Below, in pieces: positions 27,588-38,502 of a stretch of DNA of 64,000 nucleotides (positions within the stretch are counted from its first letter, which is position 1; the number at the start of each line of letters is the position of its first letter). The DNA comes from Clostridia bacterium. Lineage in GTDB: Bacteria > Bacillota > Clostridia > Oscillospirales > CAG-272. A program made the translations under genes and the position numbers. The notes beneath the pieces were generated by a model, which worked only from the letters and a program-made list of their open reading frames with translations, did not search any database and was not told where the DNA came from. Location of the stretch: the NCBI GenBank assembly GCA_017959065.1, contig JAGDBK010000013.1, positions 3,258 to 67,257 of the forward strand, given 5' to 3'.

Positions 27588-28037
27588 TCACCGGAACCGT
27601 TTTATCAGTTCTTTTATCTTATTCCGGTCATTCGACGGAACGGCGGTAATACCGGCATCGATTAGATTCTCCGCAAACACTCCGTTGCCGCTGATCAGAT
27701 TTCCGGTGAAAGTCCCGTCATAGATCTGCCCGACACCGCAGCTTGGACTTCTAGGCTGGAGCACCGCAAAGTCGGCGTTCTCCTCAGCCGCTTTCTCCGC
27801 CGCCAGACGAGCACCTCTGCGGAACTGCCCGTCAACAGACGTGCCGTCTTTCAAAATGACTATCCCGTCCCGTATCTCCGACGGCTCACGCGGGACGGAA
27901 AGACCTCCGAGGACCTCCGGGCAGACAGGGATGATCTCTTCTCCGGCCAGAAGTTCGACCAGTTCCGAATCCAGATTGTTCTTTCCGTTATATTTGCAGT
28001 TGCATCCCAGAAGACATGCGCTCACGATCACTTTCAA
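27588..28037 (-). CDS. DUF523-family protein
   Basis: 149-aa ORF MKVIVSACLLGCNCKYNG...PVCPEVLGGLSVPREP, a DUF523 signature. Confidence 0.75.
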   Translation of the reverse strand: MKVIVSACLLGCNCKYNGKNNLDSELVELLAGEEIIPVCPEVLGGLSVPREPSEIRDGIVILKDGTSVDGQFRRGARLAAEKAAEENADFAVLQPRSPSCGVGQIYDGTFTGNLISGNGVFAENLIDAGITAVPSNDRNKIKELIKRFR

Positions 28038-28053
28038 GTGCGGCGTCCCTCTT

Positions 28054-29694
28054 TCAATTCGAATATCCGAGAGGATTTGAAGAGAACACCATTACATAGT
28101 AGTCTCCGATCTTTTCCTCGCCGGTAAGATCTGAAGAAACAGCATTATAACTTTCTGAAGCAATATATTTTGCCCTGTTCGAAGAATTCAGTATCATAAA
28201 ATATCTGTCGGATCCGTCGCTGCCGTCATACCAGTGCCTGTCCGTCTGATAGGGATACATCTCGATATCGTTGCCAAGTCCGAACCTTACGCACCTTACC
28301 TTGACATCAGGCCCCAGGATAAGGGATATCGCCTGAGATTCCCAGTAATCCGCATATCCGTATGTGAGGGATTCCTGCTGCAGATAATCCGAGAGCTCAT
28401 ACAGGTATCTGTTTCCCGTCTGATCCGCGGAAGCTGCAAACACACCTGTGCCCGATAGTATGGCCGCGCTCAGTATCAGGGCGGATACCGCGACAGAGAT
28501 CCTGACGGAAGCACGGGAGTGTCCGAGCATCTCCCACGCGAACACGGAAGAGGTGATGACGGCTGTCCCGAACATCGGGATCAGTCTCCAGTTCGCCGTG
28601 GAAAGATTCCCGAAGACGAATCCGAACATAACGAACCCCGATACGAACAGATGAGCTATTACAGTGATTCGTACCGCTCTGGTCTTGATCCTGCGGTAGT
28701 TGAAAGCCGCTACGACCGGAATGACGAGTACTGAAGTCCCGAAGACGAGCCTCAGTATGTTGAGGACGGATCCCAGGCTGAAGACCGGGTCCCGTTTGCG
28801 TATGTCCACCCCAATAAGGGTGAAAAAGCTCTTCGGAAACGCCGACAGGTTCTCGAACCATTTTCCCATATCGTCATAGGTCGAATAGCCGCTCTGATAT
28901 CCGGCCTCCACCCCGTGCGAAACGAGTTTCAGGAGGAGAAGACCGGCCAGTGTGCACACAGCGCCGATAGCCAGAAAGAACACCGGCTTCAGTTCCCCGA
29001 CACTGCCGAACTTTCTTTTCCCGTCCAGAAGCAGTTCGGCTGCGATCGCAGCGAATACGGGGGCCGTGGACAGAACTATCATCTGAAATCCATCGGACGC
29101 GATGAACAGCGACAGAGCAAAAAACAGGCACGCGTACAGTCCGGCTTTTGCCGAGATCTTACCTTTTCCGTCTCCGCCGTTTAGGAAGAATCTGAAAGCC
29201 GTTCCGGCGAAAAGCGCGAAAAACAGAATGCCGAGACTGTAATAGATCACATGCCCGAAGAAGATCTCCCTCATCTTCGCCGACGAGAAAAACGACAGAA
29301 GCGTGACCGCTGAATAGAAGAATGCCCACGCAAGTCCCATGCCGGACGACCTGAAGAAGTAGAAAAGCGATGCGGCCAGTATCAGAGAAAAGACGATCAT
29401 GCCCGCAAGATGTGCCTTCATCGAGAATCCGAAGATCCATATGAAGGGGATCATTACCAGCTGACCGCCGAAAGGAAGGACCGCGGAATAGTAATACGTG
29501 CTGCTCACGATCTCACCCGATTCGACCGTGGCATCGGCCCAGTAGATCGTATCCGTGCAGTCCGAATGAAATTCTCCGGCAAATGGGCCGAGAATATAGT
29601 AGATAGTCAGAGCGACCGCGAAAGCGAACAGAACGCACGACAGGATCATGGCAACTGAACGGGAAATCTTTCTTTTTCCGGTCTCTGTATTCAT
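28054..29694 (-). CDS. polytopic membrane protein, possible GT-C-type glycosyltransferase
   Basis: 546-aa ORF with at least 10 hydrophobic segments and a soluble C-terminal ~110 aa. No family motif was recognised with certainty. Confidence 0.4.
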   Translation of the reverse strand: MNTETGKRKISRSVAMILSCVLFAFAVALTIYYILGPFAGEFHSDCTDTIYWADATVESGEIVSSTYYYSAVLPFGGQLVMIPFIWIFGFSMKAHLAGMIVFSLILAASLFYFFRSSGMGLAWAFFYSAVTLLSFFSSAKMREIFFGHVIYYSLGILFFALFAGTAFRFFLNGGDGKGKISAKAGLYACLFFALSLFIASDGFQMIVLSTAPVFAAIAAELLLDGKRKFGSVGELKPVFFLAIGAVCTLAGLLLLKLVSHGVEAGYQSGYSTYDDMGKWFENLSAFPKSFFTLIGVDIRKRDPVFSLGSVLNILRLVFGTSVLVIPVVAAFNYRRIKTRAVRITVIAHLFVSGFVMFGFVFGNLSTANWRLIPMFGTAVITSSVFAWEMLGHSRASVRISVAVSALILSAAILSGTGVFAASADQTGNRYLYELSDYLQQESLTYGYADYWESQAISLILGPDVKVRCVRFGLGNDIEMYPYQTDRHWYDGSDGSDRYFMILNSSNRAKYIASESYNAVSSDLTGEEKIGDYYVMVFSSNPLGYSN

Positions 29695-29732
29695 GTAATT
29701 AATCCTTTCCCTGTCCGGATCACCCGTCAGAC

Positions 29733-31286
29733 TCAGTTCTGCTTCTTCTCCTCATGGTATTCCGATTCGGTGTTTACGTTCCATACGGGAGACCTGTCCG
29801 GATCTCCCGCCTCGAAGATCCTCGCGGCAGTGACCGCGGTCATCATTGAGTGATCCATGTTATTGTATCTGTGCTGTCCGTTGCGGCCAATGCAGTACAG
29901 GTTCTCAATGCCGTCAAGGAATTTCCGTATCCAGTCGAAATCGCCGTATCCGTCAAAATATGCCGGATAGGCTTTCCTGACCTTTATCCTTACGGCGTCC
30001 TCTACGGCATCCCTGTCTATGATCCCTATGCTCGCAAGTTCATCGGCGGCAAACGATATAAAATCAGAGTCGGACATCTCCCAAAGACTGTCCCCCTCGT
30101 TGCAGAAATATTCAAGTCCGACCCAGACCTTGTGCTCCGGGTCCGCGACCATATACGGAGACCAGTTGTTGAAGATCTGGAGCCTTCCGAGTTTTACGTC
30201 GCCTTCCTGGATATAGATCCAGCAGTCGGGCACAATGTTTCCCAGAGTCTTCTTCCCTGTCGTGTTTTTCAGATTGATCCTGTCAAGCAGGAGTCCGACC
30301 GTTATGAAATCCCTGTACGGGAGGGCTTCCGCAGTCTCCGCGACGTCTGCCGGAACGTCATTCATGCATCCCACGAGATCTTTTACGGGCATGGATGAGA
30401 AATATGCGTCCGCGCTGAGTTCGCTTTCGGTCCCGCCGGAGCACACCCTGACCGACTCGATCCTGCCGCCGCTTTGCCTGACGCCGGTGACCTTTGTCCC
30501 GAACATTATCTCTCCGCCGAGTTTAATGATCTCGTCGGCCATCGTCTCCCAGAGCTGTCCCGGTCCGCGTTTAGGGTACAGGAACTGCTCAATAAGAGAT
30601 GTCTCGACGGCCCTGGACGATCTGAACGGCCTTGTAAGAACGTTTTTTACTGCTCCCCAAAGCGAAAGTCCCTTAACTCTCTGCGCGCCCCACGAGGCGG
30701 ATATCTTATCCGGATTTCTGCCCCATACCTTTTCGGTATAGCTTTCGAAAAACATCTCGTACAGCGGCTTTCCGAACCGGTTTATATAAAAGTCACGGAG
30801 AGAGTTCTCCTCGCGCTTTCTCAGACAGGAGCCAAGATATCCGAACCCCGCCTTAACCGTTCTCGAAAATCCCATATTTTTGAACGTGGAAGCCTTCAAG
30901 CTTATTGGATAGTCGAAAAACTTCTTGAGATAGTATATCCTTGATACCCTGTCACGGCACAGCATGACCCGTTCCTCTTTTTCCGGATCGGGTCCGCCCT
31001 CCGAGAGCGGTTTCTCGTTCCCGAGCACTTTATCGTCATATGCGGGCTCTCCCTGGAGCGGCATGAGCTCGTTCCAGATCCTGTTTACCTCATCGGATTT
31101 GGAAAAGAATCTGTGCCCGCCGATATCGATACGGTTGCCGTTGTGTTCGGCGGTTCTGGAAATGCCTCCGACGAAATCGTTCTCTTCGATGATGACCGGG
31201 ATATAATCCGTTTCTCTGAGCAGCGTATATGCGGCGGTAAGTCCAGCCGGACCCGCACCGATTATTATTACTTTTCTACCGGACAT
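29733..31286 (-). CDS. NAD(P)/FAD-dependent oxidoreductase (amine-oxidase / UDP-galactopyranose-mutase-like fold)
   Basis: 517-aa ORF with the N-terminal dinucleotide motif [17 protein letters not shown]...GG. Confidence 0.65.
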   Translation of the reverse strand: MSGRKVIIIGAGPAGLTAAYTLLRETDYIPVIIEENDFVGGISRTAEHNGNRIDIGGHRFFSKSDEVNRIWNELMPLQGEPAYDDKVLGNEKPLSEGGPDPEKEERVMLCRDRVSRIYYLKKFFDYPISLKASTFKNMGFSRTVKAGFGYLGSCLRKREENSLRDFYINRFGKPLYEMFFESYTEKVWGRNPDKISASWGAQRVKGLSLWGAVKNVLTRPFRSSRAVETSLIEQFLYPKRGPGQLWETMADEIIKLGGEIMFGTKVTGVRQSGGRIESVRVCSGGTESELSADAYFSSMPVKDLVGCMNDVPADVAETAEALPYRDFITVGLLLDRINLKNTTGKKTLGNIVPDCWIYIQEGDVKLGRLQIFNNWSPYMVADPEHKVWVGLEYFCNEGDSLWEMSDSDFISFAADELASIGIIDRDAVEDAVRIKVRKAYPAYFDGYGDFDWIRKFLDGIENLYCIGRNGQHRYNNMDHSMMTAVTAARIFEAGDPDRSPVWNVNTESEYHEEKKQN

Positions 31287-31337
31287 GAAATGACTATCCT
31301 CCGTGAGCTTCAGACCGTTCTCCGTAATATGAGGCTC

Positions 31338-32318
31338 TTATTCTTCCAGCTTTTTCGACCGGATGTCGCGTCCGGTGAAGCAAAGCGTGAAAAACTCTCC
31401 GAAGATTCGGCTCGTGATCCTGTCAGCGTATCTTCTCCTCAGTTCGACCCTGTCCAGATTTGTGCTGATCATCGTCGGCTTTCTGCGGTTCTCCCTGGTG
31501 TTTATGATATTGTACAGGCTCGATACCGTAAAACTGCTCGTCAGTTCCGTGCCGAGATCGTCTATTATCAGAAGGTCGCAGTCAAAATATCTGGATGTCA
31601 GATCCTCGTCTTCATCATACCTTCTGCGGAATCTTTCATTTTCAAAATCGGAAAAAATGTTCTGCGCCGTGTCGTATACGACATCGTACCCGTGATCGAT
31701 GATGACCTTGGCGGCCGCAGTCGAAAGATGGGTCTTGCCGAGCCCGGTTCCTCCCATGAGAAGCACGTTGTCGGCCTTGGCGGGAAGGAAATTCTCAGCG
31801 TAGTTCTTCATGTTGCAGAAGATGAATTCCGCGTTTTTCCGGTCTTCCCCATCATAATACCCGAGGGAAAAATTGTCGAAAGACTGTTCGCGCATAAGGC
31901 CCGCTATGCCGGAACTCTCGTATCCTGCCAGTGCCAGAGCTTTTTTCATGCACTGGCACATCTCGTTCCCGTCGAATCCCGTGTCACCGCATCTGCTGCA
32001 CTCGTATCTGACATCGGAATAGTCCTCCGGATACCCGGCTTCCCTCAGCAGCCCGGCCCGCCTGTTCCTGAGCTCGGCGTTTTCTTTTTTCAGCGCGGCA
32101 ATGCGTCCGTCAAGACCGTCTTTCCCCTTTTCGGCCGCCGCAAACAGCTTTAGCCCCGTATCGGAAAGTTTAAGATCTATCTCTCTGACTCCGGGGACTT
32201 TTTCCCAGAGTTCTCCGCGTCTTGCTTCGGCTTCGGCACGCGCGAGAAGCGGTTTCTCCTCGAACTGGGCTCTGATTTTTCTGTAGTTTTCACGGTTGTA
32301 ACTGATCTTCGCCGCCAC
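31338..32318 (-). CDS. dnaI: DnaI/DnaC-type helicase loader ATPase
   Basis: Zinc motif CSRCGDTGF...CQC, Walker A GGTGLGKTHL and Walker B LLIIDDLG. Confidence 0.8.
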   Translation of the reverse strand: MAAKISYNRENYRKIRAQFEEKPLLARAEAEARRGELWEKVPGVREIDLKLSDTGLKLFAAAEKGKDGLDGRIAALKKENAELRNRRAGLLREAGYPEDYSDVRYECSRCGDTGFDGNEMCQCMKKALALAGYESSGIAGLMREQSFDNFSLGYYDGEDRKNAEFIFCNMKNYAENFLPAKADNVLLMGGTGLGKTHLSTAAAKVIIDHGYDVVYDTAQNIFSDFENERFRRRYDEDEDLTSRYFDCDLLIIDDLGTELTSSFTVSSLYNIINTRENRRKPTMISTNLDRVELRRRYADRITSRIFGEFFTLCFTGRDIRSKKLEE

Positions 32319-33285
32319 CCTTCATCTTTCTGTTGTAACTGCGTTTCAGCGCTGCCTCAAAGAATTCGTCCGTGCCGAAACTTCCCTCTCCGGATCCGCC
32401 CTGCGGTGACTCGGGCTCCGGCACGTCTTCGGGTTTCTCATAACCCGCGGAATGCCACTTTTCAAGTATCTTGTTCGCATATGGAACTGAAGGTTTCCCT
32501 ATGGCGTTCACTGTCATCTCATAGGCTTTCCTGATGAGTTCCGTATCGAGTTCCCAGTCGATCGACCAGCTCGTGAACGCTGAATGCTCCTTCGCGGTCA
32601 GGGCCCTGTCGCCGACCCCGAACATCCTGCGGAGGAACTCTTCGGAGGACTCGAACTTGTCCTTCCTGCGGAGGTAGTCCTCAAGGGCCGCATAGCTGTC
32701 GATGCCCTTGTCCGTCAGCGTGTAGGCCATCCTCTCCATATACTTGAGCGACGTCTTGCCTTTTTCCTTGCAGTAAGCCATCAGCGCAAGGATATACTCC
32801 GGTTCGAGGCACAGATAATCCCTCATGACCAGGACCGTATTTGCTTCGACCGAATTGAAGACCTTGCCGACGGTGTTCTGACATGCATTGAGAAGGAGCG
32901 CGAGCTCCGCGTGTTCCTTGAACACTTTTTTTATCTCGTCGGAAGTATAGCTCGGGGCATCTTCGGGCCCGCGTGTTTTCGGAGTCACGGCCTTTTTGTC
33001 TTCCGCTGCTTTCTCCTCACCCTTTGACGCCCGAGCCGTCTTTGTCCTGCGTCCTTTCGGCGCCAGGATGCCTGCCCCTCTGAGATATGAAACGGAGATG
33101 TCCATATCCGTCCTGCTGACTCCGAATGTCTTTGCCAGACCGTCGAGATCGTCCTCTTCTATACCGCCCCTGAGCGCCACCGTCAGAACGAGCCTCATGT
33201 CGAGTTCGCTCATCTCGGGCTCGTGTTCGGCTACGGCCTTCGGCAGGCTGATCTCTTCCGAATCTTTTCTGAATTTAATTGTCAT
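32290..33285 (-). CDS. DnaD-domain replication initiation protein
   Basis: 331-aa ORF with a C-terminal DnaD-like repeat (...YMERMAYTLTDKGIDSY... and ...PYANKILEKWHSAGY...). It lies upstream of dnaI. Confidence 0.7.
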   Translation of the reverse strand: MTIKFRKDSEEISLPKAVAEHEPEMSELDMRLVLTVALRGGIEEDDLDGLAKTFGVSRTDMDISVSYLRGAGILAPKGRRTKTARASKGEEKAAEDKKAVTPKTRGPEDAPSYTSDEIKKVFKEHAELALLLNACQNTVGKVFNSVEANTVLVMRDYLCLEPEYILALMAYCKEKGKTSLKYMERMAYTLTDKGIDSYAALEDYLRRKDKFESSEEFLRRMFGVGDRALTAKEHSAFTSWSIDWELDTELIRKAYEMTVNAIGKPSVPYANKILEKWHSAGYEKPEDVPEPESPQGGSGEGSFGTDEFFEAALKRSYNRKMKGGGEDQLQP

Positions 33286-34004
33286 GTCTCATCCTCTGTC
33301 TTTGATCCGCTGTCGCTCCCCAGTTCGTAGCACAGCTTCATTAGAGAATCCCCCAGATGAACGTTCTCGATCTTTAATTCCGGCTGCAGGCGCTTAAGCT
33401 CGGCATTCGCGAAATTCCAAATCCCTCTGACGCCTATTTCGGCAAGCATCGCCGCGGTGTCCTCCGCTGCGTCTCTCGGAATTGTAAGTATGGCGATATC
33501 TACCTGCTCTTCCCTGCAGAATTCCGCGATCCTGTCCATCCCGGCGACCTCGAGTCCGGCAACGGTCTTTCCGATTATTTCGGGGGAGATGTCGAAAAGG
33601 CCGACCAGCGAGACTCCTCGGTTGGCGAACATCGGACTTCCGGCCAGAGCTCTGCCCAGGTTCCCGCAGCCCACGATGACCGCTCTGTATCCCTTCGTGA
33701 CGCCGAGGATGCTGCTGATCTTCCCGTAGAGATAGCTGACGTTGTATCCGTACCCCTGCTGGCCGAATCCGCCGAAGCAGTTGAAATCCTGCCTGATCTG
33801 GGAAGCTGTCGTACCCATGAGCTCCGCGAGCTTTTTTGAACTGACTCTCCTGACCCCGGCGTTCTCAAGTTCCCTCAGATACCTGAAATATCTCGGCAGC
33901 CTTTTTTTAACGGCATCCGACACCCCGGACGGCGATGCCGATTCGTCAGGTCTGGCGCCGGTGATTCCCGCTGCAGCCGGATCTGTTCCGGTGATCCTTT
34001 CCAA
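33282..34004 (-). CDS. rex: redox-sensing transcriptional repressor Rex
   Basis: ...KKRLPRYFRYLRELENAG...SSKKLAELMGTTASQIRQDFNCFGGFGQQGYGYNV...VGCGNLGRAL. TTG start with AAGGAG 10 nt upstream. A 4-nt ATGA overlap joins it to the DnaD gene. Confidence 0.88.
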   Translation of the reverse strand: MERITGTDPAAAGITGARPDESASPSGVSDAVKKRLPRYFRYLRELENAGVRRVSSKKLAELMGTTASQIRQDFNCFGGFGQQGYGYNVSYLYGKISSILGVTKGYRAVIVGCGNLGRALAGSPMFANRGVSLVGLFDISPEIIGKTVAGLEVAGMDRIAEFCREEQVDIAILTIPRDAAEDTAAMLAEIGVRGIWNFANAELKRLQPELKIENVHLGDSLMKLCYELGSDSGSKTEDET

Positions 34005-34054
34005 ATCGGTTCAACTCCTTGACAAAAATCTGTCCTTAAGTCACTTGCCGCCTG

Positions 34055-35224
34055 TCAGATGTTTTCCATAACGTATTCCGCGAACTGTTCGCAGGTAGCT
34101 CCGTTGTCCCTTCCGGTTATCACGAACTTCTTCTCTTCGAACATGCAGCGGTCCAGCGCGGCAGAAAGCTTATCCGCCTCCGTCTGGAATCCGATGTGCG
34201 ACAGCATCATGACGGTAGCCCTCAGCATGGAGCACGGATCCGCGTATTTCGCCCTTCCCTCGTTGACCATGCGCGGCGCGGAACCGTGGATAGCTTCAAA
34301 CATGGCATACCTCTTGCCTATGTTGGCCGATCCGGCCGTGCCTACTCCGCCCTGGAACTCGGCCGCCTCATCGGTGATGATGTCTCCGTACAGGTTCGGA
34401 AGAATGAAGACCTGGAAATCAGTGCGTCTCTTCTCGTCGACGAGTTTCGCGGTCATGATGTCGATGAACCACTCGTCGGTCGTGATCTCTGGATATTCTT
34501 TCGCTATCTCTTCGCATATCCTGAGGAATTTGCCGTCCGTAGTCTTTATCACATTTGCCTTTGTCACGATGGAGACCCTGTTCTTCCCGTTTCTCCTGGC
34601 ATATTCGAAAGCAAGTCTGGCTATCCTCGACGTGCCCTCGGTGGTGGTCACAACATAGTCTAGAGCTAGGTCGTCCGTGACATTGATCCCCTTTGAACCT
34701 ACGGCATATCCGCCTTCCGTGTTTTCGCGGAAGAACGTCCAGTCTATCCCTTTTTCGGGCACCTTGACAGGCCTGACGTTCGCGAACAGATCCAGTTCTC
34801 TCCGCATCGCGACGTTCGCGCTTTCGATGTTCGGCCAGGGGTCGCCCGCACGGGGCGTCGTCGTCGGCCCCTTGAGAATGACGTGGCATTTTTTCAGTTC
34901 CGCAAGAACGTCGTCGGGTATCGCCTTGCCTGCCGCGGCCCTGTTTTCTATCGTTAGCCCTTCTATCTCCCGCAGTTCGACCTTTCCGTCCTTTATCCTG
35001 TCTGCGAGCAGGCTTCCGAGCACCCTGCGCGAAGCCGCAGATATCACCGGTCCGATGCCGTCGCCGCCGCAGATCCCTATGACGATCCTGTCGAGCTTCG
35101 AAAAGTCCGTCGTCTCCTTTGAGGAATTGATCCTCTCCACCCTTTCGAGCTGGCCGAGAAGGAGCTCCTCGTATTTTTTCAGTGCTTCCTCAATGGCTTT
35201 GCTGTAATCCATAACGTTCTCCAT
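34055..35224 (-). CDS. isocitrate/isopropylmalate dehydrogenase family protein (likely NAD-dependent isocitrate dehydrogenase)
   Basis: 389-aa ORF with ...GGDGIGPV..., ...LKGPTTTP... and ...NLYGDIITDEAA... motifs. Confidence 0.75.
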   Translation of the reverse strand: MENVMDYSKAIEEALKKYEELLLGQLERVERINSSKETTDFSKLDRIVIGICGGDGIGPVISAASRRVLGSLLADRIKDGKVELREIEGLTIENRAAAGKAIPDDVLAELKKCHVILKGPTTTPRAGDPWPNIESANVAMRRELDLFANVRPVKVPEKGIDWTFFRENTEGGYAVGSKGINVTDDLALDYVVTTTEGTSRIARLAFEYARRNGKNRVSIVTKANVIKTTDGKFLRICEEIAKEYPEITTDEWFIDIMTAKLVDEKRRTDFQVFILPNLYGDIITDEAAEFQGGVGTAGSANIGKRYAMFEAIHGSAPRMVNEGRAKYADPCSMLRATVMMLSHIGFQTEADKLSAALDRCMFEEKKFVITGRDNGATCEQFAEYVMENI

Positions 35225-35402
35225 TCTGTGTTAAAAACGCGATTTAAAAAATTAAAAAATAAATATCATATCAGGAGCGGTTTAAATGAGACTGATCCGC
35301 CCCGCACCGCCTGTTATCTCCTGTTTTTCACTTTTCCACAGTCTTTTCCACGTTTTCTGAAGCTAATATCAGCGTTTCGGAAAGTATCAATGTCTCCTGC
35401 TT

Positions 35403-36401
35403 TCAGTCCGCGTGTGCGTTCAGATCCGTTCCCGCCCTGACTCCGGACATGAACTCGTAGTACCCCTGCGCGCCGACCATCGCGGCGTTGTCACCGCAGA
35501 GAGACACGGAAGGAACGCAGAACTCTGTCCCCGTCTCCACACACATCTCCCTCATGCAGCGCCTCAGGTGAGAATTCGCCGCCACTCCGCCGGCAAGCAC
35601 CAGCGAGCGGGCCCCCGTTAAAGCCAGGCATTCCCGGGCCTTGTCGGTGAGTCCGCGGCATATGGCTTTCGTCAGGGAAGCCGCTACCCCGCACCGGTCC
35701 GGTTCAGCATCTTTCTGTCTTACGCCGTTTATGTAATTCAGACACGCGGTCTTGAGACCGCTGAAAGACAGATCCATACTGTCCCTGAGAGCCGGCGACG
35801 GAAGCTGAACGAGATCCGGGTCTCCGGAGGAAGCCAGCTCATCCATCTCGGCTCCGGCAGGATACGGGCACCCCAGCACCCTGCCGACTTTGTCGAATGC
35901 TTCTCCCGCCGCGTCGTCACGCGTTCCGGAAACGTAGTCCCAGTCCGTGTAGTCCCGTACATTGTAAAAGCAAGTGTGTCCGCCCGACACTATCAGAGCG
36001 GTGAAAGGCGGCTTCAGGTCCGGATGCTCCAGATAAGCGGCGGCCGCATGAGCTCTGACATGATCAACGGGAACAAGGGGGATCCCGTGGGCAAATGACA
36101 GCGATTTCGCGAAATTCATACCCACGAGCAGCGCACCGATGAGCCCCGGCGAATTCGTGACCGCGACCGCGTCTATATCGCGCAGTCCCGCCCCGGCTGT
36201 ATCCAGCGCCTCATGGGTAATCCCGGATATCGCCTCAATATGGGCCCTTCCCGCTATCTCGGGGACGACTCCGCCGTATTTTCTGTGTACCTCTATCTGC
36301 GAGGCCACGATATTTGAAAGTATCTTCCGCGAGTCCCCGCTCATCGATACTACCGCCGCGGAAGTCTCGTCGCAGGACGATTCAAGAGCCAGTATAAGCA
36401 T
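35403..36401 (-). CDS. tsaD: tRNA N6-adenosine threonylcarbamoyltransferase
   Basis: MLILALESSCDETSAAVV... with the HxxxH region HIEAISGITHEAL. Confidence 0.92.
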   Translation of the reverse strand: MLILALESSCDETSAAVVSMSGDSRKILSNIVASQIEVHRKYGGVVPEIAGRAHIEAISGITHEALDTAGAGLRDIDAVAVTNSPGLIGALLVGMNFAKSLSFAHGIPLVPVDHVRAHAAAAYLEHPDLKPPFTALIVSGGHTCFYNVRDYTDWDYVSGTRDDAAGEAFDKVGRVLGCPYPAGAEMDELASSGDPDLVQLPSPALRDSMDLSFSGLKTACLNYINGVRQKDAEPDRCGVAASLTKAICRGLTDKARECLALTGARSLVLAGGVAANSHLRRCMREMCVETGTEFCVPSVSLCGDNAAMVGAQGYYEFMSGVRAGTDLNAHAD

Positions 36402-36843
36402 TTTTCCCTCTTTTCATAACCACGGCATCTTCCGAAGGTTCCGAATAGTATCCTTTTCTCTCTCCGTACTTGACGAATCCGAGTTTTTCATATAGACCGA
36501 TCGCCGGCAGATTGGATCTGCGCACCTCCAGAAAGAAGGTCTCTGCCCCGCCCGCGGTCCCGGCATCCATAAGGCTTTTCAGAAGCGCCTGTCCGGCTCC
36601 GCGCCGTCTGGCCCCGGGACTGACGGCTATGTCCAGGATCTGCATCTCGCCGCAGATATTGTATCCGATCGCGAACCCGATCATTTTCCCGTCACTGCCG
36701 AACGCGCCGAAAGAAACGGAAAAAGCGCACCCGAGCGAAGAAATGACCGCTTCCCTCGACCAGGGGTCGGAGAAGCATTCCTGTTCGAGCCGGCACACCT
36801 CGTCGGCCTGTCCGGTCCCGACCGGTCTGACCGTATATTCCAT
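36382..36843 (-). CDS. rimI: ribosomal-protein-alanine N-acetyltransferase (GNAT)
   Basis: 153-aa GNAT with the RRRGAGQALL motif. It sits upstream of tsaD. Confidence 0.8.
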   Translation of the reverse strand: MEYTVRPVGTGQADEVCRLEQECFSDPWSREAVISSLGCAFSVSFGAFGSDGKMIGFAIGYNICGEMQILDIAVSPGARRRGAGQALLKSLMDAGTAGGAETFFLEVRRSNLPAIGLYEKLGFVKYGERKGYYSEPSEDAVVMKRGKNAYTGS

Positions 36844-36848
36844 CGATA

Positions 36849-37361
36849 CTACAGCTTTCTGACAGCCTCGATGATAATATCGAGCGTCTTTTCGTATTCT
36901 TCGAGATCCCCCCCATAGGGATCGGGGACCGAGACGCCGAGAGAAGCGATCTTCCCCGCGTATTCCGGGAATGCCATCATTATCCTCAGTACATGCTCAT
37001 CCGTCATCCCGTAGACCCTGTCCGCGCTTTTCAGCATCTCCGCATCGAGCTGGTGCGACATATGCAGTCTGTAGTCGTTTTCGGGAACAGGGCGGATCCC
37101 CTTTCTCTCCAGGGCAATGAGCGCGTTCTTCGAGATTGGAGACGGGAAAGGAACGAAAAGGCCCGCGCTGTAAGCAAAAACCCCTCTGTCTCCGAGCAGA
37201 TCGTTCGCGGCGGCCGCGGCCATGGGAGAACGGCATGTGTTCCCCGTGCACACGAAGCAGTACCTTTCCGCGGTGCTCTTTCCGTCTTCGGCCTTTTCCT
37301 CCTCTTTTTCCGGAGTCAGGAGCGCCCCGGCCGCTAAAGCATCAGTCATTGCCAATAACAC
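36849..37361 (-). CDS. low-molecular-weight protein phosphatase (Tyr/Arg phosphatase family)
   Basis: CX5R(S) motif CTGNTCRS and a DPYG motif. The N-terminal ~30 aa of the ORF may not be translated. Confidence 0.8.
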   Translation of the reverse strand: MLLAMTDALAAGALLTPEKEEEKAEDGKSTAERYCFVCTGNTCRSPMAAAAANDLLGDRGVFAYSAGLFVPFPSPISKNALIALERKGIRPVPENDYRLHMSHQLDAEMLKSADRVYGMTDEHVLRIMMAFPEYAGKIASLGVSVPDPYGGDLEEYEKTLDIIIEAVRKL

Positions 37362-37372
37362 CTTCCTGTGAC

Positions 37373-38443
37373 TCAGTCGAACAGACTAGCCTGTCCTGGG
37401 ATCTCCGCGCTCTGACGGGGCTGCGGCTCAGGAAATTTCAGCCCCAGATGCTCATATGCTGCTCTCGTGACGCAGCGCCCCCTCGGTGTCCGGCTGATAA
37501 ATCCTATCTGCATGAGATACGGTTCGTAAACATCCTCCAGGGTCACAGCTTCCTCGCCGACGGTCGCGGCAAGCGTCTCCAGACCCACGGGACCTCCGCC
37601 GTAGTATTTTATTATCGTTTCCATCATTTTTCTGTCGGTGTTGTCGAGTCCGAGTTCGTCGATATCGAGTTTTGAAAGCGCATACATCGCCATCCTCTCC
37701 GTGATGGCGCCTTCATTTTCAAACTGCGCGAAATCCCTGACGCGCTTGAGCAGCCTGTTTGCGATCCTCGGGGTCCCCCTTGAGCGGGACGCGATCTCCA
37801 GCGCGCCGTTCCTGTCTATCTCTATGTTCAGTATGCCGGCCGACCTGACGACGATCTGCGCCAGTTCCTCAGGAGTATAAAGGTCAAGCTTGAACGTGAC
37901 TCCGAACCTGTCCCTGAGTGGAGTCGAAAGCTGACCGGCCCTTGTGGTGGCGCCGATAAGGGTGAACTTCGCCAGAGGCAGCCTGATGCTCCTTGCCGCG
38001 GGTCCCTTGCCTATTATGAGGTCGAGAGAGTAGTCCTCCATGGCGGGATAAAGTATCTCCTCGACTGAACGGTTCAGTCTGTGGATCTCATCGATGAACA
38101 GGACATCCCCCTCGGAGAGATTGGTCAGAAGAGCCGCCAGATCGCCCTGCTTCTCTATCGCCGGCCCAGACGTGATGCGGATATTGACGCCCATCTCCGC
38201 GGCGATTATAGCGGAAAGGGTGGTCTTTCCCAGCCCGGGAGGGCCGTACAGCAGAACGTGGTCGAGCGTCTCTTTTCTCATTTTCGCCGCCTCGATGAAG
38301 ACCTTCAGGTTCTCCTTGGTCTTTGTCTGACCGATGTATTCGGAAAGTGTCTTCGGCCTGAGACTCAGATCCGATTCGGCGTCTTCCGGGCCGTATGAAG
38401 TTGATACTATTCGGTTTTCCAGATCGAATTCTTCTTCCTGCAC
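37373..38443 (-). CDS. ruvB: Holliday junction branch migration ATPase RuvB
   Basis: ...[12 protein letters not shown]...[13 protein letters not shown]...FIDEIHRL... Confidence 0.95.
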   Translation of the reverse strand: MQEEEFDLENRIVSTSYGPEDAESDLSLRPKTLSEYIGQTKTKENLKVFIEAAKMRKETLDHVLLYGPPGLGKTTLSAIIAAEMGVNIRITSGPAIEKQGDLAALLTNLSEGDVLFIDEIHRLNRSVEEILYPAMEDYSLDLIIGKGPAARSIRLPLAKFTLIGATTRAGQLSTPLRDRFGVTFKLDLYTPEELAQIVVRSAGILNIEIDRNGALEIASRSRGTPRIANRLLKRVRDFAQFENEGAITERMAMYALSKLDIDELGLDNTDRKMMETIIKYYGGGPVGLETLAATVGEEAVTLEDVYEPYLMQIGFISRTPRGRCVTRAAYEHLGLKFPEPQPRQSAEIPGQASLFD

Positions 38444-38502
38444 GGTATGCTACCTCCGGAAATGGATTATGGAGCCGGCGTCGCCCCTGAAATCATATGG
38501 CA

